DNA of 63,769 nt, the filler included, from Octopus bimaculoides (Eukaryota), in the NCBI RefSeq assembly GCF_001194135.2. It is 4 parts of 3 records of this genome, joined end to end, with 100 filler letters (N's around TTAATTAATTAA, not from the genome) between each part and the next. Parts side by side here need not be neighbours in the genome. Positions count along the whole stretch, not along the records: positions 24,371 to 40,797 come from NC_068982.1; positions 40,898 to 58,700 come from NC_068982.1; 2 more parts are not named here. One strand, written 5' to 3'. Each line of letters opens with the position of its first letter. The first letter of the stretch is position 1. The notes under the pieces are model-generated. The model made no database searches. It was not told the DNA's origin and saw nothing but the letters and a program-made list of their open reading frames with translations. Shown here one piece after another: positions 40,288 to 54,776 of the stretch. A program made the translations under genes and the position numbers.

Positions 40288-40797
40288 TCTGATCAGACCT
40301 TTAGACGTAGGAACACCAGATCATTTTCAAAACCTCAACAAAGATTACCTACAAAAAACGGGGAAAAAAACCGGCCTAGAACCAGAAACAATACCAGACC
40401 ATCCTCTCAGATCACTAATACCAATACTTACAAATTGAAAAAGAAGATGTTTAATTCTGAAAATAGGAAGGCAAACATAACAACACCAGGTAAAATAACA
40501 CAACGAAAACACAAACTTCAAATCAACACCAACAAAAATAGCAACCATAAACAGAAAAAAATTCATTTTTCAATGTCAGGACAACAAACACCGGAGAAAG
40601 AAACACTCCAAGAAGTAACATACCCAAAACAATTGGACACATAGACCCTAAGATAATTAATCTTTCCAGAAGAGATCTTGACAATGATGAAACCCAACTT
40701 CTGTTAAAAGGCCTGAAATTTACACCTACACCAACAGTCAACCACCATGAACTAAAGGAAGATATCCAGAAATTCTGTCGCAAATTACGACTTGTCG
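40288..40797 (+). mobile_element. Penelope-like element, N-terminal fragment
   Basis: IINLSRRDLDNDETQLLLKGLKFTPTPTVNHHELKEDIQKFCRKLRLV is the conserved pre-RT motif of Penelope-like elements; cut by the spacer. Confidence 0.85.
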
Positions 40798-40897
40798 NNN
40801 NNNNNNNNNNNNNNNNNNNNNNNNNNNNNNNNNNNNNNNNNTTAATTAATTAANNNNNNNNNNNNNNNNNNNNNNNNNNNNNNNNNNNNNNNNNNNN
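40798..40897. other. Artificial 100-nt scaffold spacer
   Basis: 44 N + TTAATTAATTAA (40842-40853) + 44 N. Confidence 0.95.
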
Positions 40898-41430
40898 AGT
40901 GGTTCTCATGGCTTCTGATCTTAACTGATTGGAAGTGTTATCATGTACATTGATTTGTCTCGGTATAAAAGATGGGCTACAGCAAATATTCTGCTTAATA
41001 CCACAGATTTGCTTGTCAGTTGTTTGATCTTAACCAGTTGAGCATGTCCCTTCGTGGCTGATGATATGTGCATCTCTGATCATGAGCAGAAGTAGTGGGG
41101 GAGCATCATAGCTATGTGTTGAGAGGAATTATTTGGGGTTTGAATAATTCACCTTTGGAAACATGGGTGTTTTGCTCAACATCCTTAAACAAACCTTATT
41201 CAGGGACCTTTTGAGCGGGACGGGCTACTCGAACTGAAGAAAATTCTAACTGAGCCCCACCTGCAAGGTCATGTGCTGTTGATTTTGATATGAGATCACC
41301 ATGTCACGCACATATGGTTGTGATGCATGTGCCTGGTGTACACTTATCAGACGGGTAGTCATGATGGGTATAATGGGCTTCGTATATTTTACACAAGTGT
41401 CACTTTGATGGCATGCACTCCTCTCTCACT

Positions 41431-41433
<3 letters not shown>
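40898..41433 (+). repeat. Interspersed repeat ending in (AAT)n
   Basis: The last ~90 nt (ATCAGACGGGTAGTCATGATGGGT...CTCTCTCACTCA) also occur at ~19415-19503, and both copies are followed by (AAT)n; probably a retroelement 3' end. Confidence 0.6.
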
Positions 41434-41518
<85 letters not shown>

Positions 41519-44500
41519 TGAGAATATTTTCAGTGTGTCTCAAATTGATATGTTGGTAAATATATTATTTATTTATGGAAATGTAATTAATTTACTTGTC
41601 CTTGTATAACGAGCTTGTTTAACAATGACCGATATATATTTAATATTATGACTAAAATAAGGAACGCAAAGAAGGATAATAATAGCGAAACCAATTATGA
41701 AATAACTGTCCAGTTCTTAATGAAAGGATAATATTCCAGTGGTATCAGGCTATATATTTGCCGACGAAAACGACTAGATATCTAGATAGTTTAACATTCT
41801 TATTCACTGATACACACAAATCTTGTTATTCCTTTTAGTTTTATTTTCGTAATGATACTATATTTTTTTACTGATAACAATCCAGTAAACTAATTACTGC
41901 ACCCTACGCTTGTTTTCATTTTTATGAATTTCATATATCGTCTATTGTCGACAAAATTACTTTCAATAGAGACAAATTGGTCATAAAATATTCAGCATCT
42001 AATTACATTTACGAAAGGCTAATGTCCACTTATATTTAGATAAGTTGATTGTAGAATTCTGCAGCTCACTTCAGATCGTCTGAATTTTAGGAGTGAAAAA
42101 GCGTTATGTCTACTCTTTGAATAGCGTAAATCTGTTGATATTAATGTATATGAAAGAAGCATTATTACATACATAAGAGAATTGTTTAAAAAACGATACT
42201 TCAACCATGGTGTTAAAACGTAAGTAAAATAGGGTAAATGTACATAGTTTGCATATCAAATTAATCCTTATTCAATAAGTATGAAGTTATTTATCTCTCG
42301 CTTTCTCCCTAACGCCATTGCACATAAATATTTTCATAGGACAAGATACGGAATATTTGCAGAGAATTATGCTGGGTGGCATTTCATCAGGCTGGCACCA
42401 AGAAGTGCTCTGTTAGGTCGAAGACTGTGTAGAACCGTATATTTGATCTCCCCATCAACTGATAGTCTATTCTTCCTGAACATCTCATAGAAAAATTGCT
42501 TAATGCATTTCTTGATCTAATCTCTATGAATTTTAACGCGGCGTATTTTTATGTCTTGCATGAATGGGCTTTTACTCCTCCATATGTTGTCTCGTTGATA
42601 TATTTTGAAAACAATTTTGTACTACAGGGGAATTTTGAATAACAGCAAATTTGGTATACGAACATACATTGCAAGTCAAAGTTTGCATTACAATAAATGT
42701 GCAATTAAAAACTTTGAAGAGAACAAAATGGCTCCATAATACAACAATCAATATGAAGACACATTTGTGTGTTTCATTAATTTTCTTTCATTGTTGTGCT
42801 CACGAAATTGTTGTATAGCATCTAAGCAGTTAAGAGGCGGTGTCTTTCATTACGCAGGCTACTATGTTAATATGTGTAATCAATTGTTTTATGTGATCTC
42901 TTACAACAGACCTTTGTTCTTCCTATGTTTGTAATGTTTTCTTTTGAAAGAGGTAGAAAGGACTATCATATCTAATGTGCTTGATGAATAGTTTTGCTTT
43001 GTTCTTTTCTTAATTGTTATATAACTTTAATTGTCCTTTCCTTGGACGTTTTTAACATTGTTTCGTGCTGATTGCATATAATAACATTTTTCAGAAGTAT
43101 TATGTTGATGCTTGTGTTTTTATTTTTACTGCTTAGCACATGCTCAAATGTATTAAATCAGTAACCGTCTACTAGTATATTTTTCAAGTATTTTCTCAAA
43201 AGTTCCCTCGGACTGCATAACCCAGTGTATTCTTTTTTAAAGCGTAAGGGTGAGGTACGAGACAGCTGCTGCTGCTGCTGCTATAACCAGCATGCAGGGT
43301 GACAATAAAGTGACTTTCCTCGTTGAGGAATTAGTTGTAATAGTTTTTCTCCGTTGTGTTATATTGTATAGTGTTGTATACACTTACAATTAAATATGTT
43401 TGGACTTACGTAGATATTTCCTTAAATTCTGACTCCAGATTTGAGTAATATTTTTTTCGTCTGATGCTTCACAATACACTTTGTACAGAATACTATTGAT
43501 CAAAATTTTTCTCTCAAGCACCACCTAATACTTCTATTTCAATGTTTATGCGTCTCATTTCCTTGCAATACGGCGAACGAAACGTTAGAATGAATAGATT
43601 CCCATTCCTTTTATACTATATCTGGACGGTTTACTTTGTTCCTTTCTTCAACCTGGAAAACTTTCAATTGCTAGTTTCGTGCACACTCGTTCCAGATATT
43701 TTGAATGAAAACTTCTATATATGAATTCACCACGGCTGGCCATCCTCAACTTTTCTTTATTGAATAAAAAACTTTTTGTCTCAAAAGAGTTAAGCTTCAT
43801 ACGAAATATTTTTAGTTCCTTATATATATATATTAAACATTATGTACTTCTCTTTTTATACCATAGTGCTCTAATCAGTTTCCAGCTAAGAGAATTAAAA
43901 TATTTACTAGATGCCCTGCTCTACATTTGTAATACTTTAGAGTTGTTTCGTGTAAATGTATGAAAATCATTCGTAATGGCATTTAGTTTATTTCATGACA
44001 TTAATAGATAGTTATGCTTTCATTTAATTAAATTTTTGCGTCTCAGAACAGAAAACACCTGAAGACTGTTCTCAAGTATCATGTCTTTTTGTTGTAATAT
44101 GTGTATGCTTTATTACCTTCTACTCTTGCCATCGTATTGTTGTTTCCTTTTTCCACATGACATGATTGATATATTGGTAATGCGCCCTTTTATTTACATG
44201 TAATATGTACAATTGTCAAATGTATGTGATATGGTTTCGCTAACCAATCAATGATATGCTCCAACACTTTTCATTAACTATTGCGAATCAGCCAGATCAG
44301 TTCACCAATATTTTGGAAGTCACCGGTATTTTATAGTCCTCTGTTACATAATTCATTGAATGTTGGTAAAAACTCCACCGAAAACAAGTGATCGTAACAA
44401 TTCCGAGTGTTTTATTTTAATTTTTTTTTTTTCATTTACTAAAAATCCTTATTGCATATTTGAATTATATGACAGGTATAGTAGTTCTTGCATGCTGTTT

Positions 44501-45344
44501 TACTTTACAGTTCCTTCTTACATCCCTTGGTATATCCATGCCTTGTGTTTACTTGTGCTTTACACGCTTAAGCTCTCTATTGTCGAATAATCAATCGCTT
44601 TTGAATTTTTCTTGATCGAATTGAGTCACTTAAACTTAGTTTTCTTAAAATTTCATGTATACAACTGTCAAATAATTTAGTCAATTAATATCGCCCATAT
44701 TTGATGTTTTAAGAAAAGTGACTCGTTAGTTTTAGAGTTGACAATGTGTTAACCTGCGCTTAGCGTTGTCTTCTGAATATTTCATTAATTAATTGTTCAT
44801 AGCACAACGAAGTTCTCATTTGTGAGAGAGAAAAAAATTAACCTTTTATACTTTAGTTAATCTTCTGTACTGCATTCCTCCGCATGTTTGTATAAGAAAC
44901 TCAATAGGATCTTACATTCTGATTAACGAACCTAATTGCCCCAGATACGTGAGAAAAAAATACTGAATAAATTGAATGATGTTCTCGTACTCCCATGTTC
45001 ATTTTCTATTTCTCTCAGATGTTTGCTTAATTGGATATTATATGTTGGCATTGGTGATGCGAGTTAATTTGTTTTATAATTCACATTTTGTATATTTTCT
45101 TATTGTTTCTAATACATTATTCTCGTTGGAGTTGGCGATAAATAATCGCCACTGAAAATTTGTTAGATATTTGTTTTCATTTTGTTTATTCTAAAATGTG
45201 GAATTAGAGAATAAATTTGTTTTAATGGTGTATTGGTTTGGTTGATTTCATGAGGGTCGCTTGTAGTTTACATCTTTGTTTCGATGACATATTCTTGATG
45301 GCCGTATTTGTTTTACAATGTTCACATCTTTCCAAGCATACGAC

Positions 45345-45388
<44 letters not shown>

Positions 45389-46151
45389 TGTATATATACT
45401 GTGTTATATTCACACTGTTTCTAAGCTTTCATTTACTCTATTTGTCGGGTTTTCTCTTTGGTTAATTTTATTTATAGTTGAATAAATGTATATTCCTGGG
45501 GCTTTCACTTTGTATATTTTCTTTTGTTTGGATTGTTCCATACTCATATTATTAAAGTTCTCTGCAAAACCGCTATTTTGTTTTGCTAATTTAATTATTG
45601 CCTCACGTTTTCCCGTTTTGTATCCATATTTCGCTCTTCTGTTTATTGTGCTAATATGTGCTTTATAAAGCGAGGCTGTATAGTAAAACATTTTAAGGTA
45701 TTATTTATATAGTCATTGGTTCCCTTGAAGTAATTCCTTTGATTCATTTTCAAACTACGAAAGTAGGAAGCCGGTTTGTGTTGGAGGGACACGGCTACAA
45801 TATTTCATTCAAATTACTACACAAATCTAAAAATTCATGAGACAGCTGTGATTGTTGTTTTATTACTGAATGCATTATTAAATATAGTTTTATCGGTTAG
45901 CGTTAGTATGTTTCCTCTTGTTTTTCAGCTTCCTCGTTATGACCGCATTTTGATGTATAAATGTATAATTTTCTGTTCAGTAATGACAGAGTAGATATAT
46001 ATAATAAATATTAAGTTATATAGCTTTAAAACATCTGCGTTCATACTCTTCTCAGACTTGCGCCAAGTACTAGTATAATATTATTATTATTGTTATCATT
46101 ATTATTGTTTATGCTGTTGTTCTAGCTATTGCTGCGGCTGTTGTTGTTGTA

Positions 46152-46220
<69 letters not shown>

Positions 46221-46223
<3 letters not shown>

Positions 46224-47078
46224 TAGTTTTATTTNNNNNNNNNNNNNNNNNNNNNNNNNNNNNNNNNNNNNNNNNNNNNNNNNNNNNNNNNNNNNNNNNN
46301 NNNNNNNNNNNNNNNNNNNNNNNNNNNNNNNNNNNNNNNNNNNNNNNNNNNNNNNNNNNNNNNNNNNNNNNNNNNNNNNNNNNNNNNNNNNNNNNNNNNN
46401 NNNNNNNNNNNNNNNNNNNNNNNNNNNNNNNNNNNNNNNNNNNNNNNNNNNNNNNNNNNNNNNNNNNNNNNNNNNNNNNNNNNNNNNNNNNNNNNNNNNN
46501 NNNNNNNNNNNNNNNNNNNNNNNNNNNNNNNNNNNNNNNNNNNNNNNNNNNNNNNNNNNNNNNNNNNNNNNNNNNNNNNNNNNNNNNNNNNNNNNNNNNN
46601 NNNNNNNNNNNNNNNNNNNNNNNNNNNNNNNNNNNNNNNNNNNNNNNNNNNNNNNNNNNNNNNNNNNNNNNNNNNNNNNNNNNNNNNNNNNNNNNNNNNN
46701 NNNNNNNNNNNNNNNNNNNNNNNNNNNNNNNNNNNNNNNNNNNNNNNNNNNNNNNNNNNNNNNNNNNNNNNNNNNNNNNNNNNNNNNNNNNNNNNNNNNN
46801 NNNNNNNNNNNNNNNAGAGATAATATGATTTATTGTTTCTTGTCGATCTCCACATATTCTACAGTTACTTGTTATATTTCATTTCATTATGTGTTTTTGG
46901 TAATTTCTGGTGGGGAGGCTTTGGTCTTGTGCAGCAATTAAAAATCCTTCAGTCTCTGCTTTGAGTCCTGAGCTTCTCAGCCATTGCTGGGATTTTTCTC
47001 TGTCTATTTCTTTCGCATTTAGTTTAGCCCAGTATTTACCATGTAGGGGCTTTTCTTGCCATCGTTTTATCATGGTCC
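46221..47078 (-). mobile_element. R4/Dong-like RLE-LINE, 5'-truncated
   Basis: KRWQEKPLHGKYW...WLRSSGLKAETEGFLIAAQDQSLPTRNYQKHI..CRICGD (zinc-knuckle region); (TAA)n tracts on both sides; contains an N gap. Confidence 0.88.
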
Positions 47079-47129
<51 letters not shown>

Positions 47130-47137
47130 CGTCATCG

Positions 47138-47173
<36 letters not shown>

Positions 47174-47239
47174 CCACTACCACAATTATTGACATCAACA
47201 TCGTTTTTGTTGTTATTATTATTTTTATTAATATTATCA

Positions 47240-49220
47240 TTATTATTCAGTATACTTATTTTTATCACGTGCTACCACTGTATTACGGGGCACAGCTCTG
47301 TGTGCCTTGGGTATGATATGTGGTTTGTTGTGATGCTCTGTATGCTGTATATACATTTAAGCCCTGGTGATTTAGCTATGTATTTGTCTGAATGTTTTTT
47401 ATCATACCTAATGTGCCTACTATGATAGGAATTGTTTCTGTTATTAGACTCCATTTCGAAATCTTTGTATTTTGAAAGTTTCTCTGTTTCTTTTAGAGAA
47501 AATAGTTTTCTGTTGGTATTGATACATCGATTAGAAAGCGTTGTTTTCTTGGTGATCTCTGACAACCCTATGCGGTCTATTACCCGTAATTTTTCTATCT
47601 CTGTACATTTGCATATCCTAGAGTATGGTTGTTTTCTCATTTTCTGCAATCTTTTCTGGCGTGTGATATACCATGTTTTTCTGTTGTAATTCCATAGTGT
47701 TTACATAGCTTCCAGGGTATATAGGTCCCAGCTCTGCCGTGTTGGGAATATATTCCTTCTTAGCCAGGACTGGGCAGCCAGAGACCATATGGTTTATTGT
47801 TTCTTCTCCATCTCCACATATTCTGCAGTTAATTGTTTTTCTTTTCATTACATGTTGTTTGGTAATTTTTGGTGGGAAGGCTTTGATCCTTCAGTCTCTG
47901 CTTTGAGCCCTGAGCTTCTCAGCCATTGTTGGGATTTTGCTTTCTATATTTCATTTCTATTTAGTTTAACCCATATTTTGACATAAAGTGGCCTTTCTTG
48001 ACATCGTTTTATCATGATCCGTTGCTGTTCCAGTTTTAGTTTGGATTTCAGTAGTTTTAAAGTTAGCCTTCTTTCTTCTCATTTTTCATACTTGTTAGAT
48101 ACTATGACTTCTTTTTTGTATTTGTCAGCTTCCTTAAAGACTGAAAACAATTTTTCGATTTGTTAGTGTTTTATGGCTATTTATATGAGTTTTCCTTGCT
48201 TCTGAAGTAGGTATTTCTGTAGTCCAATGGTGGTTATTTTGTAATAGTTTTCTAGCTGTATAAAGCGTCAACCACCATTGTAAATGTAACCTTTCTATGT
48301 CTGAATTTGGGTGGTGCATCCTAAATCCAGTCACCATTTTTCTTCTTTTCCTGTCTATGTTGATTAATTCATTTAGAGTCCAGTTAAGAATATTGTAGCT
48401 GTAACTTATAATTGGGACGGCTAGTGTTGATAGGTATTATCTTGTTTTTCGCACTTAGCTCTGTTTTCAGCATTAACCTACCTCGTCTATAGTATTCCTT
48501 TTTTTTTATCTTCTCTTTCGTTCGTGTGTGCTGTATCATACCAAATTCATTGATTCCTGAGTTATTCTGTCTGGTTTTGATCTAGTTCTCGTATTTCATT
48601 TGCTGTATCTAGTGTGATGTTGTTACTCTCAACGGGTTTTCCTCTTTTCAATGTTGTTTTGGCACATTTTGCTAAGCCAAATTTCATGTTTATTTCTTTG
48701 GTAAATCCATGTAGTGTGTAGAAATGTTTCTAGCAGTTTATCAGTTGTAGCGTACAATTTTACATCATCCATATATAACAGGTGGCTCATTGTTTTGCCT
48801 TAACAGTTGTATCCACATCCAGTTCTGTTTAGCATGTCAGATAAAGGTGTCAGTGCCAAGCGCAAAAGGAATGGAAAGAGCGTGTCTCCTTGGAATATTC
48901 CTCTTCTAATGGGGATGGGTTTGGTTTTTATGAGTTCCTTTTTTATCAGGAGCTGTAGTACTGACTCCCATTTATTCATGGAATGTTTTATATATTTTAT
49001 GATAATTCGTACTACCTTGTCCACGGCTAGTGTTTCTAAGATCCGTGTGTGAGGAACACTATCAAAAGCCTTTCGGTAATCGATACAGGTCATACTTAGA
49101 CCCTTCTTCTTTCTCCAGATGTCTTCAGTTATGCCTTTAGTGATCAGTAACTGAACATTACAGCCGTATGAGCCCTTGCAGTAACGTTTCTGCTGTTCTG
49201 GAAACAGGTTGTTTTTCTTC
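47240..49220 (-). mobile_element. R4/Dong-like LINE, RT to 3' end, decayed
   Basis: IDYRKAFDSVPH...RRGIFQGDTLFP...HLLYMDDVKLY (RT), then CRICGDGEETINHMVSGC and LSKYKDFEME (RLE). Confidence 0.88.
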
Positions 49221-49221
49221 C

Positions 49222-50160
49222 AGATCCACCTCTGCCTTTGGACGGTGCATCTTATTACAAGTCAGTAGCTTGCTGATTTTTCGGTAAATTTTCATTATTT
49301 CACTCGTATTCCAGTTAAGCACATTCAAGCTATAAAGAACAACTGGGACTGCTAAGGAGGTTATGGCTAACACCTTATTATATGCATTCAGCTCAGACTT
49401 CAGAACTGCTCGAACTCTTCTATAACATTCTTTCCTAACCTTCTCTTTCATGCTTGCATGCTGGATACCAGAGCCTTCATTTATTCCTAGGTATTTATAG
49501 GTTTGTTCCTACTCAAGTTCCTTTATTACTATTTCGACATCTAATTCTATTGAACTTGACTTTACCAGTTTCCCTTTCTTAAAAGTGGCTTTTTTACACT
49601 TTGCAAGGCCAAACTCCATCCCGATATCATCACTGAATCCTTTCACAGTATGTATTAGTCTTTCAAGCTCTTCATCATCTGTGCCATATAGTTTTAAATC
49701 ATCCGTATAAAATAGATGTCTTAATTTCCTGTTGTCAATTTTGTAGCCATACCCTGTTCTATTCAGTTCACTTGACAGTGGTATTAGTGCTATGCAGAAA
49801 ATTAGTGGTGAAAGNNNNNNNNNNCAGTGGTATTAGTGCTATGCAGAAAATTAGTGGTGAAAGTGAGTCACCTTAGAAAATGCCACAGTTTATGCTAATA
49901 TTGTTTGAGCGCAATGCTCCATTGGAATGATATAATTAGAGCGTCGTGTTCCATTGAGACATATTATACTTTAAAAAATCTGAAATCACAGGAGAAATTT
50001 TGAAAATATCCAGCGATTTCAGAATCCACGAATGTGATATGCTGCCAAAGGCTTTTTTATAATCAATCCATGTAGAGCTGAAATTTCTGCGCTTATTATG
50101 GCAGTTCTCAAGGTTCATGTGATTAATTAGGAGCTGATCTTTGCATTCGTATGAGCCTCA
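49222..50160 (-). mobile_element. Second R4/Dong-like RT fragment
   Basis: WIDYKKAFGSISHSWI...GDSLSPLIFC...HLFYTDDLKLY...YKYLGINE...LKSELNAYNKVLAI; a separate RT copy abutting the previous one. Confidence 0.85.
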
Positions 50161-50359
50161 TCCGCATCCTTTTTGTTCAGTGGGAAAGAGGTTATTCTCT
50201 TCCGTAAAGGTATATGTTTTCTCCACTGGAATAGATGTCACAATCTTATAGGTAGTAGACAAACATGTTATAGGCCGGTAGTTTTTTGGGACTTTGATTT
50301 CGTTAAACATAGTGTAAGTAAAAATGCGCCGGAGATTTTAGTCATCTTTCAAGTCACAA

Positions 50360-51625
50360 CAAGGACCTCAGACGGATAATACTTTCCTTATGTGTGCTGT
50401 GCCCAACAAGGCCGCTTTTTGCGAGACATCAATCTCGCATGAGATTTCCAGTTGCCTTAAGGACTTTTCAAGTTTCAATGGGATTAAGCCTAGCGCTCCG
50501 ATCACCACTGGTATCACTTTTACATTACCCTCTCGCATTTCAAACAGTTTTGCCATTTCCACTTTCTGTTCGGAGTACTTGGAGATTTTTTGAACCTCTT
50601 TACTCACAACATTCATGTCGTTTGGTATGGCTACATCAATGATCTGACAGTTTTTGTCTCTCTTATTCAATATGACACTATCCGGTCGACGGTGTTCGAT
50701 TACACGATCCTCCGAAAATCATAGTCCCAGAGTATCGTTACTTTTCCATCCTCTGGCATAACTTTACTTGGTACATGCTCATACCAGTTCTCTGTTACTT
50801 CATATTGGTATTTACAGCGTAAGAGTCAATGAAGATACACACACACTTTATCGTGACAGTGCTGCTATTCTTTTTGTGCAAGGCTCTTACATCCACTTAA
50901 CAAGTAGGCCACATTTTCCACATTCTTTACGCAGAGTTTGCATTTTGGGGATGTTATAAGTTTTATAGATGTTATACTTCACTAAATTGATGGCGAGAGC
51001 TTGGTCTTATGCAGCAATGATCAGGCTTTCGGTGGTACGCTTAAAATCATCTCTCTGAAGACATGCCTACGATACTGTATTATCCTTAACGTCGTGAGTA
51101 TTCCTTTGAAACTGTCCATGCATTCTCCTTTCAAATAGGTCTTCTTTTCTCTTCTCCTCAGCTCCTTGGTTAAACCCTTCGTTGCAGATCATTTCATCTG
51201 CGTTTACAGCCATATCTTTCGCGGTATATTGCAGCAGGTTTTCATCACAATTCATCAAATACTCGGCAAGCGTTCTCCTTTCACTCCCTTATATAATGGT
51301 CAATACTTATTAGTCTACTACCACCACTCTTTCTTTTCATATAGTCCGTTTAAGTTTGCTTTCGAGTGTAGCGCCCCATGCAGTGTCATCAACTTTCTCG
51401 TCCTTCTATCCAGTGTTGGTATTTCCACCTTAGACCATTTGACGACGGATGCACTATATCTGGCCACCGTAATTGCCCAGATATTCATTGCGGTAATCAA
51501 TTTTTTGGTATTCAGGTTGGATTTCAATACCATTTTAACTTTTTTTGATACGCCTCGCTGACATTGATTTTCATTTCTCTGTGTAGAATGTCATCCAGCG
51601 CCAAAATCCCTAATTATCTATACCC
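50360..51625 (-). mobile_element. R4/Dong-like LINE 3' half, distinct subfamily
   Basis: LDRRTRKLMTLHGALHSKAN...; IIDVAIPNDMNVVSKEVQKISKY...VIPVVIGALG...QKAALLGTAHIRKVL. Confidence 0.85.
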
Positions 51626-51627
51626 AC

Positions 51628-51697
<70 letters not shown>

Positions 51698-52383
51698 GAT
51701 GAGTAGTTTTATTTTTATAACGTGCTTTCACTTCACTACCGAGCGCAGCTCTGTGTGCCTTGGGTATGTGCTGTGATTTGCTGTGATGCTCTTATGGTTA
51801 CTGTATTGAAAGTGCTTTGCGTAGGATGTGTGCAGTGCCCAGTAGTGCAATTTTCTGTATGTTATATATNNNNNNNNNNNNNNNNNNNNNNNNNNNNNNN
51901 NNNNNNNNNNNNNNNNNNNNNNNNNNNNNNNNNNNNNNNNNNNNNNNNNNNNNNNNNNNNNNNNNNNNNNNNNNNNNNNNNNNNNNNNNNNNNNNNNNNN
52001 NNNNNNNNNNNNNNNNNNNNNNNNNNNNNNNNNNNNNNNNNNNNNNNNNNNNNNNNNNNNNNNNNNNNNNNNNNNNNNNNNNNNNNNNCATATATTTGGA
52101 TTTGTACAGTTTTGTTCAAGTGAATGTTTAAGAAACCATAAGAAAATTATGTTTGCTTTAAAATTTGAGATCACATAGACAGTATTTTACGTAGGATATG
52201 GGCAGTTCCCATGAGCACTATCTTTTGGACTTCAGCCATTTTGGGGTTTCCTGGTATCTGAGCTAGGTAGTAATCAGCCCGTTTCGCTGTCATTCCCAGG
52301 GCACCTATGACAATAGGTATTGTTTTCGTCTTCAGATTCCACATTTTGCTAATTTCTATTTCAAGATCTTTATATTTGCTCAG

Positions 52384-52430
<47 letters not shown>

Positions 52431-53075
52431 CATTTCCTATACACATAACAGATTGGACTGTTGGAAAAGAAGTAACAAGTAACAAGTAACCTTACATGCC
52501 AAGAACCCTCCTAAGTATCCTAGCTGTCTCTAATAACACTGTTTTCTGTAGCTGTCTAAACTGGCTTTTATGTCTATTTCATCTGTGTATGTGTTCAGAT
52601 CTTTAGGGATAGTTCCCAACACACCTATAACTATAACTACTGGGTTACATTTTACCAGCACCTCACAAAGTCTCTATAATTCAATGGCTATCTTTTGTAT
52701 ATTTGTCTTATTGACTTTTTTTATCATTTGGGTATGTAAAGTCAATTATCTGGCACTTTCTATTCTCTTTATCTACAACTACTAAATCAAGTCTTCTAGC
52801 TATTATTACTCTGTCAGTCTGAATGTTAAAGTCCCACATCTTATCTATCTTACTTTCTTGTACTTTACTAGGTTCATGTTCGTACCATTTATTAGCTTCC
52901 TACATAACTCCCTGTGGATTACTCACCCTAGGTTGTCATGTCTTTTCTTGTATTCTGTCTGTGCTAGCTTGCTACATTCACTTACTATATTAGTAACGCT
53001 TTCAACCTTTGATTTGCATAACCTACATTGGGAATCTACTTGGTTTTTGTTTATATTGGCTTTTATTCAATTAGT
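51698..53075 (-). mobile_element. Three short RLE-LINE 3' fragments (51698-51869, 52090-52384, 52480-53075)
   Basis: QKIALLGTAHILRKAL; KLSKYKDLEIEISKMWNLKTKTIPIVIGALG... (near-identical to 57657-58700); the third resembles 33640-34060. (TAA)n tracts at the junctions. Confidence 0.8.
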
Positions 53076-54776
53076 CCTTAAAGCTTGCACATACCACCCC
53101 CACCAACACAACACACACATACACACGCACACACAGAGACGCACACATACACACACATGTGCACACACAGCACCCTGGCAAATAGAAATAACACACATAC
53201 GCACACACAAACGTGCACACATATACACACACCATCCATATACACACACCATCCATATACACAGACTCATACCACACCACTCTGAACTCTAAGACCAGTC
53301 AAAAAAAACCTACACACAAACACAAGTACATATATGTATATATACATACTTACATAGAAGCGTGCACAGACACAACACACACACATTCACACCATCTTTA
53401 ACTCTAAGACCAGTCCAAAACCCACTGAACCGTGACAGACTAGCCCAGAAACAAAAAAAATCCTTTTGATTCCACAATGCTCTCCCCCACAAACCAACCT
53501 ACCACATTTTCAAAAGATAGCAACCATCCCTTAAACTCACATACACTGGAGATGAAGGAAGAAAAGGTTGGTCATTCCACTAANNNNNNNNNNNNNNNNN
53601 NNNNNNNNNNNNNNNNNNNNNNNNNNNNNNNNNNNNNNNNNNNNNNNNNNNNNNNNNNNNNNNNNNNNNNNNNNNNNNNNNNNNNNNNNNNNNNNNNNNN
53701 NNNNNNNNNNNNNNNNNNNNNNNNNNNNNNNNNNNNNNNNNNNNNNNNNNNNNNNNNNNNNNNNNNNNNNNNNNNNNNNNNNNNNNNNNNNNNNNNNNNN
53801 NNNNNNNNNNNNNNNNNNNNNNNNNNNNNNNNNNNNNNNNNNNNNNNNNNNNNNNNNNNNNNNNNNNNNNNNNNNNNNNNNNNNNNNNNNNNNNNNNNNN
53901 NNNNNNNNNNNNNNNNNNNNNNNNNNNNNNNNNNNNNNNNNNNNNNNNNNNNNNNNNNNNNNNNNNNNNNNNNNNNNNNNNNNNNNNNNNNNNNNNNNNN
54001 NNNNNNNNNNNNNNNNNNNNNNNNNNNNNNNNNNNNNNNNNNNNNNNNNNNNNNNNNNNNNNNNNNNNNNNNNNNNNNNNNNNNNNNNNNNNNNNNNNNN
54101 NNNNNNNNNNNNNNNNNNNNNNNNNNNNNNNNNNNNNNNNNNNNNNNNNNNNNNNNNNNNNNNNNNNNNNNNNNNNNNNNNNNNNNNNNNNNNNNNNNNN
54201 NNNNNNNNNNNNNNNNNNNNNNNNNNNNNNNNNNNNNNNNNNNNNNNNNNNNNNNNNNNNNNNNNNNNNNNNNNNNNNNNNNNNNNNNNNNNNNNNNNNN
54301 NNNNNNNNNNNNNNNNNNNNNNNNNNNNNNNNNNNNNNNNNNNNNNNNNNNNNNNNNNNNNNNNNNNNNNNNNNNNNNNNNNNNNNNNNNNNNNNNNNNN
54401 NNNNNNNNNNNNNNNNNNNNCAGAACGTACTCTAGAATAGTCTCTTCCTGAGTAGTGGATCAACCCACTACACAGAGGATTCCAAGGTGGCAAACATAAA
54501 CCAAGACAGGAAAAAATGGACAGTGAAAACAACATTCAAAAGCCGTACGGCCAAACGCAAATCTGAGGTAGAACGCTAGTAGTTCGTCTTGCCTTCACAG
54601 CGGCTGGAGTGAAAAGAAAGTTGACCACAGGTCACACAAGAGCAGAGAGGATGGTGGAGGGAGGAAGTGGAACAAGGAGGAAGGGACATATATATATATA
54701 TATATATACATACATACATACATACATACATACATACATGCATACATACATACATGCATACATACATACATACATA

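Noticed and set aside
49776-49863. Tandem duplication inside the LINE RT
   Set aside because: An identical 39-mer on each side of a 10-N gap is an assembly overlap; the same applies to 62370-62545.
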